Shown piece after piece: positions 9,078 through 19,179 of a stretch of DNA of 64,000 nt. The translations under genes were made by a program, and so were the position numbers. How positions within the stretch are numbered: position 1 is the first letter of the stretch; each line of letters opens with the position of its first letter. The notes beneath the pieces were generated by a model. It was not told where the DNA came from and did no database searches. It saw nothing but the letters and a program-made list of their open reading frames with translations. Origin of the DNA: a virus; the IMG/VR virus record IMGVR_UViG_3300042691_025267, positions 1 through 64,000 of that record. The stretch is one strand, 5' to 3'.

Positions 9078-9670
9078 TATCGTAGCATCTTTACTTGGTC
9101 AACTAAATTATATTCCTTTGCTTCATCGGCACTCAACCAGACATCTTGCGGAGGAAGTAACTTTTCACGAATCATTTTCTCACTCAACTTGGTACACTTC
9201 TTATAATGAGCAATCATACGTTTCGTTGTCAAGTCAAACTGTTTCTGACTTGCCACCAGTTCATGTTCCTTTCCAAAAGTACCTGCTGACCACTGGTGAG
9301 ACAGGATACTGGTGTTCGGAGTAATGATACGACTCCCAGGCTCTCCGGCAATAAAGGTCATCAATCCAGCACTGGCGATCATACCCAATCCAATCGTATG
9401 AATAGGAATCTTACTTCCTCGCATTACATCAATCAAGGCAAATGCGGAAAATAAATCTCCACCATAGCTGGTAATCATTAACGTCAGACTTTCAAACCGA
9501 TTGGTTGTTTGGAAGTTGTTATCCAAAATCCACGTGATAACATCCTTTGTCGTGTTTGGAGAAAACTCGTTACAGAAATAGTAGACACCGTGATCAGACA
9601 AGGTAGACGGACGATAGTCCTGAATCAAATATCCTTGTAGATCTTGGTTGTTATTATTTGTCTGTAACAT
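9077..9670 (-). CDS. clpP: ClpP-like serine protease
   Basis: ITSYGG, GMIASAG (Ser), SHQ (His), DVWLSADEAKEYNLVD (Asp). Confidence 0.9.
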   Translation of the reverse strand: MLQTNNNNQDLQGYLIQDYRPSTLSDHGVYYFCNEFSPNTTKDVITWILDNNFQTTNRFESLTLMITSYGGDLFSAFALIDVMRGSKIPIHTIGLGMIASAGLMTFIAGEPGSRIITPNTSILSHQWSAGTFGKEHELVASQKQFDLTTKRMIAHYKKCTKLSEKMIREKLLPPQDVWLSADEAKEYNLVDQVKMLR

Positions 9671-9671
9671 C

Positions 9672-9941
9672 TTATGACTCAAGCTTCAGACGCGTCTGTG
9701 CAGTTTCTTCCTGAGTTGGTTCCGCAACCTTGATTGGCAGGAACTGCTTATTAATAAATCCACATGCGTTACATGAGAACGTAGGAATTGGAACGATTGC
9801 TTCCTTACCAGTGGGGGAAACGAGAGCTGATACTCTCTTCATCAATACGACCTCTTGGAACGTATAGTTTCCACAATTCTCGCACGTAACATCCTGTGCG
9901 TTAGAAAGGTCAATATTCATTGGTTGCTGTTGTTTTGCCAT
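9672..9941 (-). CDS. zinc-ribbon protein
   Basis: CENCG...CNACG pairs. Confidence 0.7.
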   Translation of the reverse strand: MAKQQQPMNIDLSNAQDVTCENCGNYTFQEVVLMKRVSALVSPTGKEAIVPIPTFSCNACGFINKQFLPIKVAEPTQEETAQTRLKLES

Positions 9942-9952
9942 AACTTTCTCCG

Positions 9953-10867
9953 TTAACTAATTAAAATTGTATACAACGTTGCTACGAAATTAATTTCTCT
10001 GTCTGGCACCTGTCCGTCACGGAACTGTCCTTCGGCAATAGCGATAACGGATTGTGGAATCTTATTCGGTGCGTACGTCTCCACATGTTCATATAGTAGC
10101 TGGTATAGTTCAGTATAGTCTTGAATCTGTGCGTCCGCTACAATCTTTCGTACTTCGGTAATCTTATCCTTCATTGGCAAGTTGTTGGTCAGTACATCAA
10201 CGATCTTGAGCTTAATATCCTGACCAATCAACTCATCAATACTTATCTGGAGTTTACCGTTTTGTGTTTGAAGTTGTGCGGTATTAATAATCTTTCTAAT
10301 GTCTGGATAATACGCATTGACAATCTGTGCAATCGTCTTCGTATCATATTCGACATTCTCGTTCTTTAGGATATCCGCCAACTTCTTTGCTGCATCCTTC
10401 TTACTAGGTGGAGTCAGTTTGTATACCTGCGTACGACTCACCAGTGGATCAATAATCCGTTCTACATAATTCGCAGTGAGAATGAATCGTGTGGATGCAG
10501 AATACGCCTCCATGAGATTACGGAGTGCAGGTTGTGCTTCTCGTCCCAAGAAGTCAGCCTCATCCAATACCACAATCTTCAGTGGCTTGAATCCAATCGT
10601 TGCCGCAAAGCCTTTGATCTTATCACGAACCGTGTCAATCCCTCGTTCATCGGACGCATTGATAAACATGTAATCGCAATCAATATTCTTGACCAGAATC
10701 TTTGCCGCAGTCGTCTTACCCGTTCCAGCGGTTCCGTAGAACAATAGATGGGGAATGTCTTGTGTGGTAATATACTGTTCAATCTTCGCACGAACCGTAT
10801 CGTTCCCTACATATCCTTCCAACGTACTCGGGCGATATTTTTCTACCCACAGTGTATGTTCACTCAT
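9953..10867 (-). CDS. gp44: clamp loader AAA+ subunit (T4 gp44/RFC-like)
   Basis: LWVEKYRP, GTAGTGKT, INASDERG, LDEAD, SRT. Confidence 0.95.
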   Translation of the reverse strand: MSEHTLWVEKYRPSTLEGYVGNDTVRAKIEQYITTQDIPHLLFYGTAGTGKTTAAKILVKNIDCDYMFINASDERGIDTVRDKIKGFAATIGFKPLKIVVLDEADFLGREAQPALRNLMEAYSASTRFILTANYVERIIDPLVSRTQVYKLTPPSKKDAAKKLADILKNENVEYDTKTIAQIVNAYYPDIRKIINTAQLQTQNGKLQISIDELIGQDIKLKIVDVLTNNLPMKDKITEVRKIVADAQIQDYTELYQLLYEHVETYAPNKIPQSVIAIAEGQFRDGQVPDREINFVATLYTILIS

Positions 10868-12081
10868 ACCTTTCTCCATAACCAAATTGGTTCACAGAAC
10901 GTTTTATTAACTGAATTGTTTGCTCTAGACATTGCATCATCCGTCCATTCGTTTGGTGCACTTCCTTCAAACACCATCCCTGCTCCTGCGCTGTTCGGAC
11001 GTTTTGCCATCTCCATTCCAACCGCACCCATATATTCCATACCTAATGATTTTAAATGATCATTCATGGGATTGGTAATTTCTAGCCATCGTTTCTGACC
11101 TTTGCCAGACGTAGAGAATACATCGGAGATGTTAATTGCCACTATACCATGTAATTTAACACTGGGATAGATATTAGTCAAGACCTTGTGGAGAAACTGT
11201 TCACTCCACATTTCTACTTCTTTATATCGTTTAAAACTCTGCGTATCGTCTTGACTATAATGTTCTACATTGAAATATGGCGGCGAAGTAAATACCATAT
11301 CAAAATGATTTATATATGGTTTAAAATCAAATTCTTCCGCAGGACTTATATGAAATTCACTTTCTTTATCGTTCTCAAAGAATGTTGTATGGGTATTATA
11401 AAACTTTCGTTGAGCATTATAAATTGGATGATTATCTGATTTTGGATCCAACCCTACATAATGTTCGGTAGTATTTCCTGCATAGAATCCTGCGAGACGA
11501 TCTCCCCATCCCATAGAAAAGTCCAATACATTCTTTGACTCAAACTTATCATATAACGCCTTTGCGGTACTTGGACGGAACTGAGAACATGTGTACTTTC
11601 GTAGATGTAGGCACCCACGCAATGTTCCTTTATCAATCTTGGGAACCTTTAATGTGAACAATGATCCCATCAAGGTAATCATAGTGCTCTTCGTACGCCA
11701 CGTCTTAGCGGGTCCAGGCGACCGATTAGAGTTTGCTTCCCATCGGTTCTGTTGTTGGAAGTAGTTGGACGCAGAATTCCCCGTGGTAGACTTGGAAAAA
11801 TAATAGGGACTTAATTCATAACGGGAATTCGTAGACCTATAAAACCATTCACCAGAAGTGTACAGTTTATCCCAACGAACTGCTTTTAAATTGTTATAAG
11901 CAACATACGCATCTTCTTCCGTAATATCATTATACGGAATAGGATAGGTCATACATACCGTTGCCATACTTTCTTTGATGTCGTCTATACTAAATGTTTG
12001 TTTAATATATTCCCATTCCCCCGCACCTATTTCTAGGTACGGAGTCATGTTGAGGAATTTATCAAAGTATGGTTGATACAT
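10864..12081 (-). CDS. DNA amino-methyltransferase (N4-C or N6-A)
   Basis: SAM-binding VLDFSMGWGDR followed by catalytic FTSPPYF. Confidence 0.8.
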   Translation of the reverse strand: MYQPYFDKFLNMTPYLEIGAGEWEYIKQTFSIDDIKESMATVCMTYPIPYNDITEEDAYVAYNNLKAVRWDKLYTSGEWFYRSTNSRYELSPYYFSKSTTGNSASNYFQQQNRWEANSNRSPGPAKTWRTKSTMITLMGSLFTLKVPKIDKGTLRGCLHLRKYTCSQFRPSTAKALYDKFESKNVLDFSMGWGDRLAGFYAGNTTEHYVGLDPKSDNHPIYNAQRKFYNTHTTFFENDKESEFHISPAEEFDFKPYINHFDMVFTSPPYFNVEHYSQDDTQSFKRYKEVEMWSEQFLHKVLTNIYPSVKLHGIVAINISDVFSTSGKGQKRWLEITNPMNDHLKSLGMEYMGAVGMEMAKRPNSAGAGMVFEGSAPNEWTDDAMSRANNSVNKTFCEPIWLWRKV

Positions 12082-12955
12082 TATTATTTAGAATTAAATT
12101 TTGTTTATAGTCACTAAAGAATTTACGTGCGGGTTTTAGTCGCCATTTTTTTTGAGACAAGGGCTCTTCTTTAATATTAAATCTACCAGGCCACAGTGTA
12201 ACAAACTCTTGCAACATGGGCTTTAAAATGTTATCAGAATAATGTGTATTGGTATTTCCACCCGCTTGTTTGCCTGGTGGCGGAGAGTGTGTCATGATGT
12301 GGTCAAATGCAAGTGTACAATATCCCTTTTCCAGTGAAAGTAATGTGTAGTGCCAATCCTCTACTCCACCGTATGCCCAATCAATATCAAATGAATTATT
12401 TACCAATACACATTGACACGTTAGTTTATTTTTTTGTACGGCATTACTTCTGGAAAATGCAAACGTATCTGAATTTATTCCACTGACTGCCACGTTAGTG
12501 AACATATCCGTGCAATATTCTACGATGGATACCGCAAATATTGCATTTACTTTTTCATTCTTATCTACATTTTTTTTTCTAAATTTAAATACTTCTATAT
12601 CATCATCTACTTGCCAATGATATTCTTCGCCGATAGTTCGTGAATATTGTTTAATAAAGTTTCTAGCGTATGCAAGACCTTGATTATTTTTATCCAAACG
12701 AACCACACGTTCGGACGAATGTATCAAACAATATTCATCATAGTCCTGTGGTTCAACTACCAGTTTATAGTTCAATCCACTTAACGTACGAGTTGCCTTA
12801 TTGGTACGTGCTCTACCTTTAGACGGGATATAAATTGTATATTTGTTGTTTTCCGACATAGGCATTGTACGTTCCATATATCCATATACCATTTCGTTTA
12901 GGTCGTCTATTGTAAACGGCTTGGATTCATCGGTAAATGAATATATGTTCATCAT
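12062..12955 (-). CDS. GREB1/TET-associated (TAGT)-type glycosyltransferase
   Basis: IYIPSKGR, LVVEPQDYDEY, GLAYARN, HWQVDDDI, EDW, GGNT. Confidence 0.75.
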   Translation of the reverse strand: MMNIYSFTDESKPFTIDDLNEMVYGYMERTMPMSENNKYTIYIPSKGRARTNKATRTLSGLNYKLVVEPQDYDEYCLIHSSERVVRLDKNNQGLAYARNFIKQYSRTIGEEYHWQVDDDIEVFKFRKKNVDKNEKVNAIFAVSIVEYCTDMFTNVAVSGINSDTFAFSRSNAVQKNKLTCQCVLVNNSFDIDWAYGGVEDWHYTLLSLEKGYCTLAFDHIMTHSPPPGKQAGGNTNTHYSDNILKPMLQEFVTLWPGRFNIKEEPLSQKKWRLKPARKFFSDYKQNLILNNNVSTIL

Positions 12956-14175
12956 GGACTTTGCGGTTTAACTAGTCTCATGTTGTATTCATTAATCAAC
13001 GGTTCTTTGGAAATACCGTCTTTCAATACCAAGTCTTGCTTAAAGATTTTGGTATACGCAATGTGGTGATGTGGACGACCATCCACATGTTTATCGTGTG
13101 TTAACTTCACGATCTTACCCCAGTTCTCTTTCAGTTCATCAAACTTCTTTTTATATCCAGAGTAGACACCACCTTCATAAATGGTATCGGTATTACCGCC
13201 ACGCATGGTTCCCGTAGTTTGCTTTCCACTCAATAACGTATTGAAGTTCACCGTACACAGATCACCTGTGGACAGTACACGAAGCGATAGATCCGTATCT
13301 TCGTTATACGTTCCTCTCCACCGTTCTTCCAATCGGGTGTCGAGCAATTCATTATTAATTAAGATGCAACTATACACTCGGGTATTCTTAATAAACTGAC
13401 TACGACCTGGCTCAGTTGCTGGTACGAATGAAGCGTACTGACACCCGACCAACCCCAAGTTTTCATACCGATCACTAAAGTCTTCCATGATTCTGAAGAA
13501 TACACCATCACGAAGTTTCTTCTTGAGGTTATTATTCCATCGGAAGAACCAGTGGATATTGTCATCAATGACCCAGTGCTTCTTGTGTCCATTATCAACT
13601 GCATGTTGCCATACAAAGTTACGAACAGGAATACTCCCCTGCTTTCGTTTACTGAAGTTCTCTGGGAGTTTAATAATCTTCTTTACGTCTACGTTTGCGG
13701 CATAGTTATCATATTCGTCTGGTTCAACGCAAATGTGAAAATCTACGCCCATATCTTCCAGTGTATTAATCGTAAGGGTGCGTTCCCACCGTCCCTTAGT
13801 AATTACATATAACGGATACTTGGGGTGAATCTTGTGCGTATATTCATATTCATGATCGGTAAGCGGATTCTCTTCTAGTTCATAATGAATATAGCCCGTC
13901 TTGTTTTCTTTCACCCCAAGCATATTATGTAGAATATCTTTTTCTTGCTGGTTCTTCACCATGACACTAATAATATACCGTTCTCTCAGATACGGGGACC
14001 ACACAAACTCTGGTAAATTAAAATAATCCTCACAGGCCAAATCATAGAAATCGTGATTTTTCCAATCATATTCATACGGAAGCGTATAATCCCAGAAGTC
14101 GCCTGGGATTATCGTCGTCTTCAGTAAGTTCTCTAATTTGTCTTTGTTACTTGTGTGTATTTTAATTATTTCCAT
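12952..14175 (-). CDS. GREB1/TAGT-type glycosyltransferase with N-terminal accessory domain
   Basis: KYPLYVITKGR, VEPDEY..Y, RNFVW.H, HWVIDDNI, NTRVYSCIL, WRGTYNEDTDL, T.TMRGGNT. Confidence 0.8.
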   Translation of the reverse strand: MEIIKIHTSNKDKLENLLKTTIIPGDFWDYTLPYEYDWKNHDFYDLACEDYFNLPEFVWSPYLRERYIISVMVKNQQEKDILHNMLGVKENKTGYIHYELEENPLTDHEYEYTHKIHPKYPLYVITKGRWERTLTINTLEDMGVDFHICVEPDEYDNYAANVDVKKIIKLPENFSKRKQGSIPVRNFVWQHAVDNGHKKHWVIDDNIHWFFRWNNNLKKKLRDGVFFRIMEDFSDRYENLGLVGCQYASFVPATEPGRSQFIKNTRVYSCILINNELLDTRLEERWRGTYNEDTDLSLRVLSTGDLCTVNFNTLLSGKQTTGTMRGGNTDTIYEGGVYSGYKKKFDELKENWGKIVKLTHDKHVDGRPHHHIAYTKIFKQDLVLKDGISKEPLINEYNMRLVKPQSP

Positions 14176-14180
14176 ACAAA

Positions 14181-14900
14181 TTAATACTTGACTTGTACCA
14201 GATAGTATGTCGCAGTTGTTCCGTCAAACTCAAACGATGCCTTAGCAAGACCCTTGGAAGAAATCTCAAGTGTACCGTTGGTGACTTCCTTATTTGCCGA
14301 AAGAATTTCTCGGAGATAATTTGCGGAGAAACTAATCGGTTCCATTGCCACCGCGGTGTTGGTAGTTGCAGTAATCACGATGCGATTCGTATTAGTTGCC
14401 GCATATCCAAGAACAACGGATGCAGTGTTATCATTTCCTTCACTCATGACAGTGAACGTCTCCACCTCACTCAATGCACCCTTTGCCTTGATAAACGTAT
14501 TCACAAACTTCGGATCAAGGGTAATCGTAAAATCCATCGGAGGCATCTTCTTCAAGTCTGGAACCGTGGGGATTACCGACTGATCGGCAAGAACAAAGGT
14601 CGTCTTCGTGGAGTTATCCGTAATATTAAGAGCAGTGACCTTATCACCCGTGGTCTGTGCACTGACACTCAGTTGCTCATCAAGCACACTTAGAATGGAC
14701 CGAAGTTTCTTCGTATCATAAATACCAAACTCGCCCTGTGGAAAATCAATATCACTCGTACTGATTTCGCCCAAGACATTCTTATCGTCAGAGATGGAAC
14801 GAACGGATAGCGCACGTCCTTCTGACTTCAGCAATACACTTTCACATGAACCACCCAAATTATACTTCGCAATAAATCTTTCAAACTTTGACTTTTCCAT
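14181..14900 (-). CDS. gp45: DNA polymerase sliding clamp (T4 gp45-like)
   Basis: EFGIYD...L..LS, terminal EISSKGLAK.SF......YYL; size and context. Confidence 0.8.
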   Translation of the reverse strand: MEKSKFERFIAKYNLGGSCESVLLKSEGRALSVRSISDDKNVLGEISTSDIDFPQGEFGIYDTKKLRSILSVLDEQLSVSAQTTGDKVTALNITDNSTKTTFVLADQSVIPTVPDLKKMPPMDFTITLDPKFVNTFIKAKGALSEVETFTVMSEGNDNTASVVLGYAATNTNRIVITATTNTAVAMEPISFSANYLREILSANKEVTNGTLEISSKGLAKASFEFDGTTATYYLVQVKY

Positions 14901-14915
14901 AACCTTTCCTTTTGT

Positions 14916-15281
14916 TTAATATTGTCTATCTACGTACCACATCTTGGACAACTTCCCATCAGTAAACCGTGCATAATAATCACGCCATCTACGTGCATTT
15001 CTATCTTCTGGCGTACCCTTATAGAATATAATATCACCGTGGTAGTCTGTCAAGTACTCACGATGATAACTACCTTCTATTTTTTCCATGTATCCCCCCA
15101 ACCAATGGGTATTTTCTTCTACCCATTCCCACTGCCACCTTTCTTCGTATAACTCACCACGTGCAGAAATAACGTATTTAGTCATAACGTTTTCAAGTGA
15201 CTTGGTTTGATACCATTCATTTGTTATTTCTGTATTACCCGGTAATATTTGTTCTACTCTAATTTCGTCGAACATGCCCAT
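14916..15281 (-). CDS. conserved phage hypothetical protein
   Basis: MGMFD..., YQTKSL, YHGDI.FY, YYARFTDGKL; GGAG RBS. Confidence 0.7.
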   Translation of the reverse strand: MGMFDEIRVEQILPGNTEITNEWYQTKSLENVMTKYVISARGELYEERWQWEWVEENTHWLGGYMEKIEGSYHREYLTDYHGDIIFYKGTPEDRNARRWRDYYARFTDGKLSKMWYVDRQY

Positions 15282-15801
15282 TGTTATACTCCAATAATGT
15301 ATAAAGTTTACCCCAATCAAAATGATCACCGGGATCTTGCTTTCTCCCCCGAGGCGTCGCTATATCACCATGACCTAATATCGTACGTGCAGTGGAATCT
15401 TTGTCTTTGAATCTGATTTGTAATACTTTAATTAACCAAGCCAAACTCGTGTACTGCACTTCCGTGTATTCTTGTGGTGGATTATTCTGTAAGCAAATCC
15501 CAATACTATATAGATTCATTCGTAGATAACTTCTCCACAATGACGGCCCTGCGTGTGCTATTTCATACTTCGGATCTACCAGTTTAATAATTCGACCACT
15601 CCGTTCAATATAATAATGATAGGCAAGATGTCGTTTGATTAACGTTCTACGAGCAACTTCATATCCATCTCCATCATCATAATGTAATACAATAAAGTTG
15701 GTTGACGCTGTATCTCGTATTCTTTTAGCGGCTCTGGGTAGCGGTCTATCAATAACGGTGGGTTCTGCAAGTTGCAGTAACGCTATTAATATCCAGTTCA
15801 T
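15259..15801 (-). CDS. N-acetylmuramoyl-L-alanine amidase (Amidase_2), possible endolysin
   Basis: IVLH, AYHYYI, HAG, SIGICL, GH.DIA...RKQDPG; hydrophobic N-terminus. Confidence 0.88.
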   Translation of the reverse strand: MNWILIALLQLAEPTVIDRPLPRAAKRIRDTASTNFIVLHYDDGDGYEVARRTLIKRHLAYHYYIERSGRIIKLVDPKYEIAHAGPSLWRSYLRMNLYSIGICLQNNPPQEYTEVQYTSLAWLIKVLQIRFKDKDSTARTILGHGDIATPRGRKQDPGDHFDWGKLYTLLEYNNGHVRRN

Positions 15802-15804
15802 ACA

Positions 15805-18324
15805 TCAGAACGCAAACCAATCAGAGGCGTTTTGATTTACCTCCGTTGGAATGTTTCCCCAGTTTAGTGCTGTATAGAAATCATCCAACTTATTTCGTAA
15901 CTCATTTTCAAACAGTGCGTTCGTATCAATATGTTCTTTGATCATCTCAATAATTTGTGGGGGATCTTGATATCCTTTAATTGCTAACGAATCAATTTGT
16001 AGATTATTGGGTTTCAGCATCACATACTTAATCTTCTCACCATCAGTAATTCGTTCATACCGATTATCAATCTTAAAATATTCCAGTAATCTATTGTATA
16101 CGATTGCCGCCTTAATGTGCGCAGGTGCTCCCTTCTTAAAAGCCTTCAGTCCCGGCACATCATGTAAAGTATATTCACTGATATTATTTGCTGATGTGTT
16201 ACGGGCAATATCCAAGAAGTCACGGTCATCCAATGAGTGTTTGAATTCTAAGATCTTCCGATCCACTTCAGTTTTTGGGACACTCTTCAGAATATCATCC
16301 AACATCTGTTTCATGAATTCACGGAATGCTTTTGGAAATGATGATCGTACTACATCCAATCCCTTCACGACCATCTTACTCACATCTTGATTGGTTTCCA
16401 AATCATACGTCTTGTCCAATGCGTAACGTTTCTTTGCAACCCAGAATCCAGTACTAGCAACCGATTCTCCTTTAATGAACAAACGATGATCGTTACAATT
16501 AAATGCTTTCTTAGCAAATACATTATAAAAGTTATTTAACTTATCTTCCATTTGTCGGGCAAGATCAATCGTAAACTGCTTGGGTACAACCCCATCAGTC
16601 AACAACGGTTTGGCAGATGCGTAGATAGAATCCGTATCAATATACACTACGTAATCTTTCTCGTCTCCCAACAACTTTTCATAATACTTGTTAACGACCT
16701 TTGCCGTAGACTTAATCACATCTTGTCCAGAGATCGTAACTGCGGCAGCATTGTCAACGTCATAGAAACGGAAGACGGGCAGACCCAGCACACCATACAA
16801 CGAGTTCAAGAAAATCTTCTGAATATGTTGACGACGATCATAATAGTCCGCCAGTTCCTTGTTTCCTTCATTGACATACTTCTTCATGGTATTCTTGTAT
16901 TCTACACGAAGATTAAACCACGTATCCAATACCTCTGGAATAATACCCTTCTTATCATTATTATATAATACACCGTTGGAACTAATAGTCAGATTATTAT
17001 CCACAAGGAATCCCATGAAGGTATCATAGTCCATTTCCATTGACGTATCTATACCCTTTTCTTCCACCACATATGCAACAATTTCTTTCTTGAAGTGTTG
17101 TTCCATATTCCAGTTGCGAACATACCCCACTTTTGTTTCGGGTGAAATGTTCAAGCTCATGATAATGGATGGATACAGCGACTGTAAGTCCAGTGAATAG
17201 ACCCAATCATACAGACCAGGCGTTGGATCCTTTACGAACGCTCCGATGAATCCTTCTTCCCCATCATCCAGTGCTTCCATCTTTTCCCGTGCATTTTGTG
17301 GCTTATCCGTCACAATGATTCCCTTGCGATGCAGATAGGTTACAATCGTACCTTCAAGGAATCGCGATGACATGGGATAATCTTCGTATGGCACGTGACC
17401 GATATGACAGATCCCACGAACCAACTCAATCAACTTGAGTTTCCGATCCATCTCCACAATGATCCGCACGTCCTGTAAGTTATACTCAATAAACTTATCT
17501 AGATCGTCACGGAACAATTGATCCAGTGATCCTTCATATGGAACCTTACCCATGTTCACTTCAATGCGACCAATCGTATCCAACCGATAATTGGGTTGCT
17601 GCGTATAGGTAAACTTCTTATAGAGATCCAGATAATCTAGACTAGACACACCCGCAATCTTATATCGTTCCAATCGTTCCGAATACTTGACCTTACCGAT
17701 TGGACTGAGTTTATTGGCGATAGACTGACCACATACTTGTCTGATACGATTATACAGATAGGGAACGTCAAATCCATTACTATTCCATCCCGTAATAATA
17801 GTAGGTTGGATTTGTTCGTAGACAGTAATGAACGCATGTAATAGTTCTACCTCACTGGTACAGAAGATAATATCTGTTTCCTCAGTAGATTTATTTTCGT
17901 ACATCGCCGTCTTATCCAACACGAGTACAATATATTTCTTAATCGTAGGATCGTATAAGGCAATAGATGTCACTTCATTATTTGGCGTATGGATGTCTGG
18001 GATTCCATTCGTCATCGACACCTCAATGTCAAAGAACAATACGATATTCCCTTCTGATGGGGAATCTTCGTTTAAATATAAATCAGTTAATACCCGTGTC
18101 TCTTTGGGTAGATCACTTTCAAATATATTGGGATGACCACGGGTAAACCTGCGAGTCTTACTCACACGAACACCCGTCATACTTAGATACTTTCCAGACG
18201 GATCTTTTACATACGCATAATTAAAATCAGACAACGGCAAAGTTACCAGACCCTTTGCGTCATCCCAAATATAAACTGTTTGTTCATCGTCTTGCTGATC
18301 AATATAAATATTTTGATACGCCAT
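15805..18324 (-). CDS. gp43: family B DNA polymerase (T4 gp43-like)
   Basis: Exo FFDIE, GWNSNGFD, YNLQD; pol DLQSLYPS, KIFLNSLYG, YIDTDS, KKRYA. Confidence 0.97.
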   Translation of the reverse strand: MAYQNIYIDQQDDEQTVYIWDDAKGLVTLPLSDFNYAYVKDPSGKYLSMTGVRVSKTRRFTRGHPNIFESDLPKETRVLTDLYLNEDSPSEGNIVLFFDIEVSMTNGIPDIHTPNNEVTSIALYDPTIKKYIVLVLDKTAMYENKSTEETDIIFCTSEVELLHAFITVYEQIQPTIITGWNSNGFDVPYLYNRIRQVCGQSIANKLSPIGKVKYSERLERYKIAGVSSLDYLDLYKKFTYTQQPNYRLDTIGRIEVNMGKVPYEGSLDQLFRDDLDKFIEYNLQDVRIIVEMDRKLKLIELVRGICHIGHVPYEDYPMSSRFLEGTIVTYLHRKGIIVTDKPQNAREKMEALDDGEEGFIGAFVKDPTPGLYDWVYSLDLQSLYPSIIMSLNISPETKVGYVRNWNMEQHFKKEIVAYVVEEKGIDTSMEMDYDTFMGFLVDNNLTISSNGVLYNNDKKGIIPEVLDTWFNLRVEYKNTMKKYVNEGNKELADYYDRRQHIQKIFLNSLYGVLGLPVFRFYDVDNAAAVTISGQDVIKSTAKVVNKYYEKLLGDEKDYVVYIDTDSIYASAKPLLTDGVVPKQFTIDLARQMEDKLNNFYNVFAKKAFNCNDHRLFIKGESVASTGFWVAKKRYALDKTYDLETNQDVSKMVVKGLDVVRSSFPKAFREFMKQMLDDILKSVPKTEVDRKILEFKHSLDDRDFLDIARNTSANNISEYTLHDVPGLKAFKKGAPAHIKAAIVYNRLLEYFKIDNRYERITDGEKIKYVMLKPNNLQIDSLAIKGYQDPPQIIEMIKEHIDTNALFENELRNKLDDFYTALNWGNIPTEVNQNASDWFAF

Positions 18325-18351
18325 AGCACCTCAAGAGTAAATACCTACCGT

Positions 18352-18380
18352 AATATACAACAAAGGGACTTGAAGTTCAA
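18352..18380 (-). promoter_or_regulatory. sigma70-type promoter for polB
   Basis: Minus strand TTGAAC-17 nt-TATATT, followed by GAGG RBS. Confidence 0.65.
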
Positions 18381-18386
18381 GTCCCT
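18358..18386 (-). terminator. hairpin / intrinsic terminator at dUTPase stop
   Basis: Perfect 11-bp inverted repeat AGGGACTTGAA-C-TTCAAGTCCCT followed by TTGTTG on minus strand. Confidence 0.6.
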
Positions 18387-18796
18387 GTGCTGCCGAATCC
18401 GTTTGCATTTCTTCCGTCACTAGACGATATTTCTTGAACTTCCTCTACTGAAAAATCCACGGTCGGAATCAATATGAGTTGTGCAATCTTTTCACCTGCG
18501 TAAATCTTATCAGCACTTTCCGTTGAGTTATATAATGCAATTTTAATCTCTCCCGTGTATCCGTTATCAATTACTCCTGCAACAACAAACAATCCTTGTT
18601 TGGTAGCAACTGATGAACGATCACGAATTAGTCCACCATATCCTTCTGGAAACTGAACAGCGATTCCTGTGGATAGTAGTTTGGTTTCTCCTGCATAAAT
18701 TACAATGTCTTCTACGCAAAAGAGATCGTATCCTAAATCACCTGCATGTGCTTTTCGTGGAAGAGTTGCTTCTTCACGTAACCGTTTAACTTTCAT
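18377..18796 (-). CDS. dut: trimeric dUTPase
   Basis: GYDL, RSS, GVIDNGYTGEI, IAQL, R..GFGSTG. Confidence 0.95.
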   Translation of the reverse strand: MKVKRLREEATLPRKAHAGDLGYDLFCVEDIVIYAGETKLLSTGIAVQFPEGYGGLIRDRSSVATKQGLFVVAGVIDNGYTGEIKIALYNSTESADKIYAGEKIAQLILIPTVDFSVEEVQEISSSDGRNANGFGSTGT

Positions 18797-19170
18797 TATA
18801 TCCGTTCTCCAAATCGTTTAAATACTTCATCAATATTATCATGAATATATTTTTTCATAGTTTCTTCATCACCACCACCTGGCTTATCCGTCAACTCAAT
18901 CCCTCTACAAAATCCTTTGAAGTGTGGTACGCCAGATATTTTCCATGTTTCATAACAGTAGGTCATTTGTTCTCCTGGTTCCCATGCATGAATCTTATAA
19001 AAACGAATCCTTGCATTTCTTTCCTTGAAAAATTTTGCGGCGGCTTCATAGTTAGGCAGTGTTGCTTGACATGGACCACACTTGTCCCCATAAAACATAA
19101 TAATATGAATATCGTTATCGGGAACAGGTAACCCTTTAATCATGTCATTCATTGTAACTTCTGTAACCAT
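18796..19170 (-). CDS. thioredoxin-like protein
   Basis: FYGDKCGPC and cis-Pro motif ISGVPHF. Confidence 0.8.
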   Translation of the reverse strand: MVTEVTMNDMIKGLPVPDNDIHIIMFYGDKCGPCQATLPNYEAAAKFFKERNARIRFYKIHAWEPGEQMTYCYETWKISGVPHFKGFCRGIELTDKPGGGDEETMKKYIHDNIDEVFKRFGERI

Positions 19171-19179
19171 AACAGTTCC

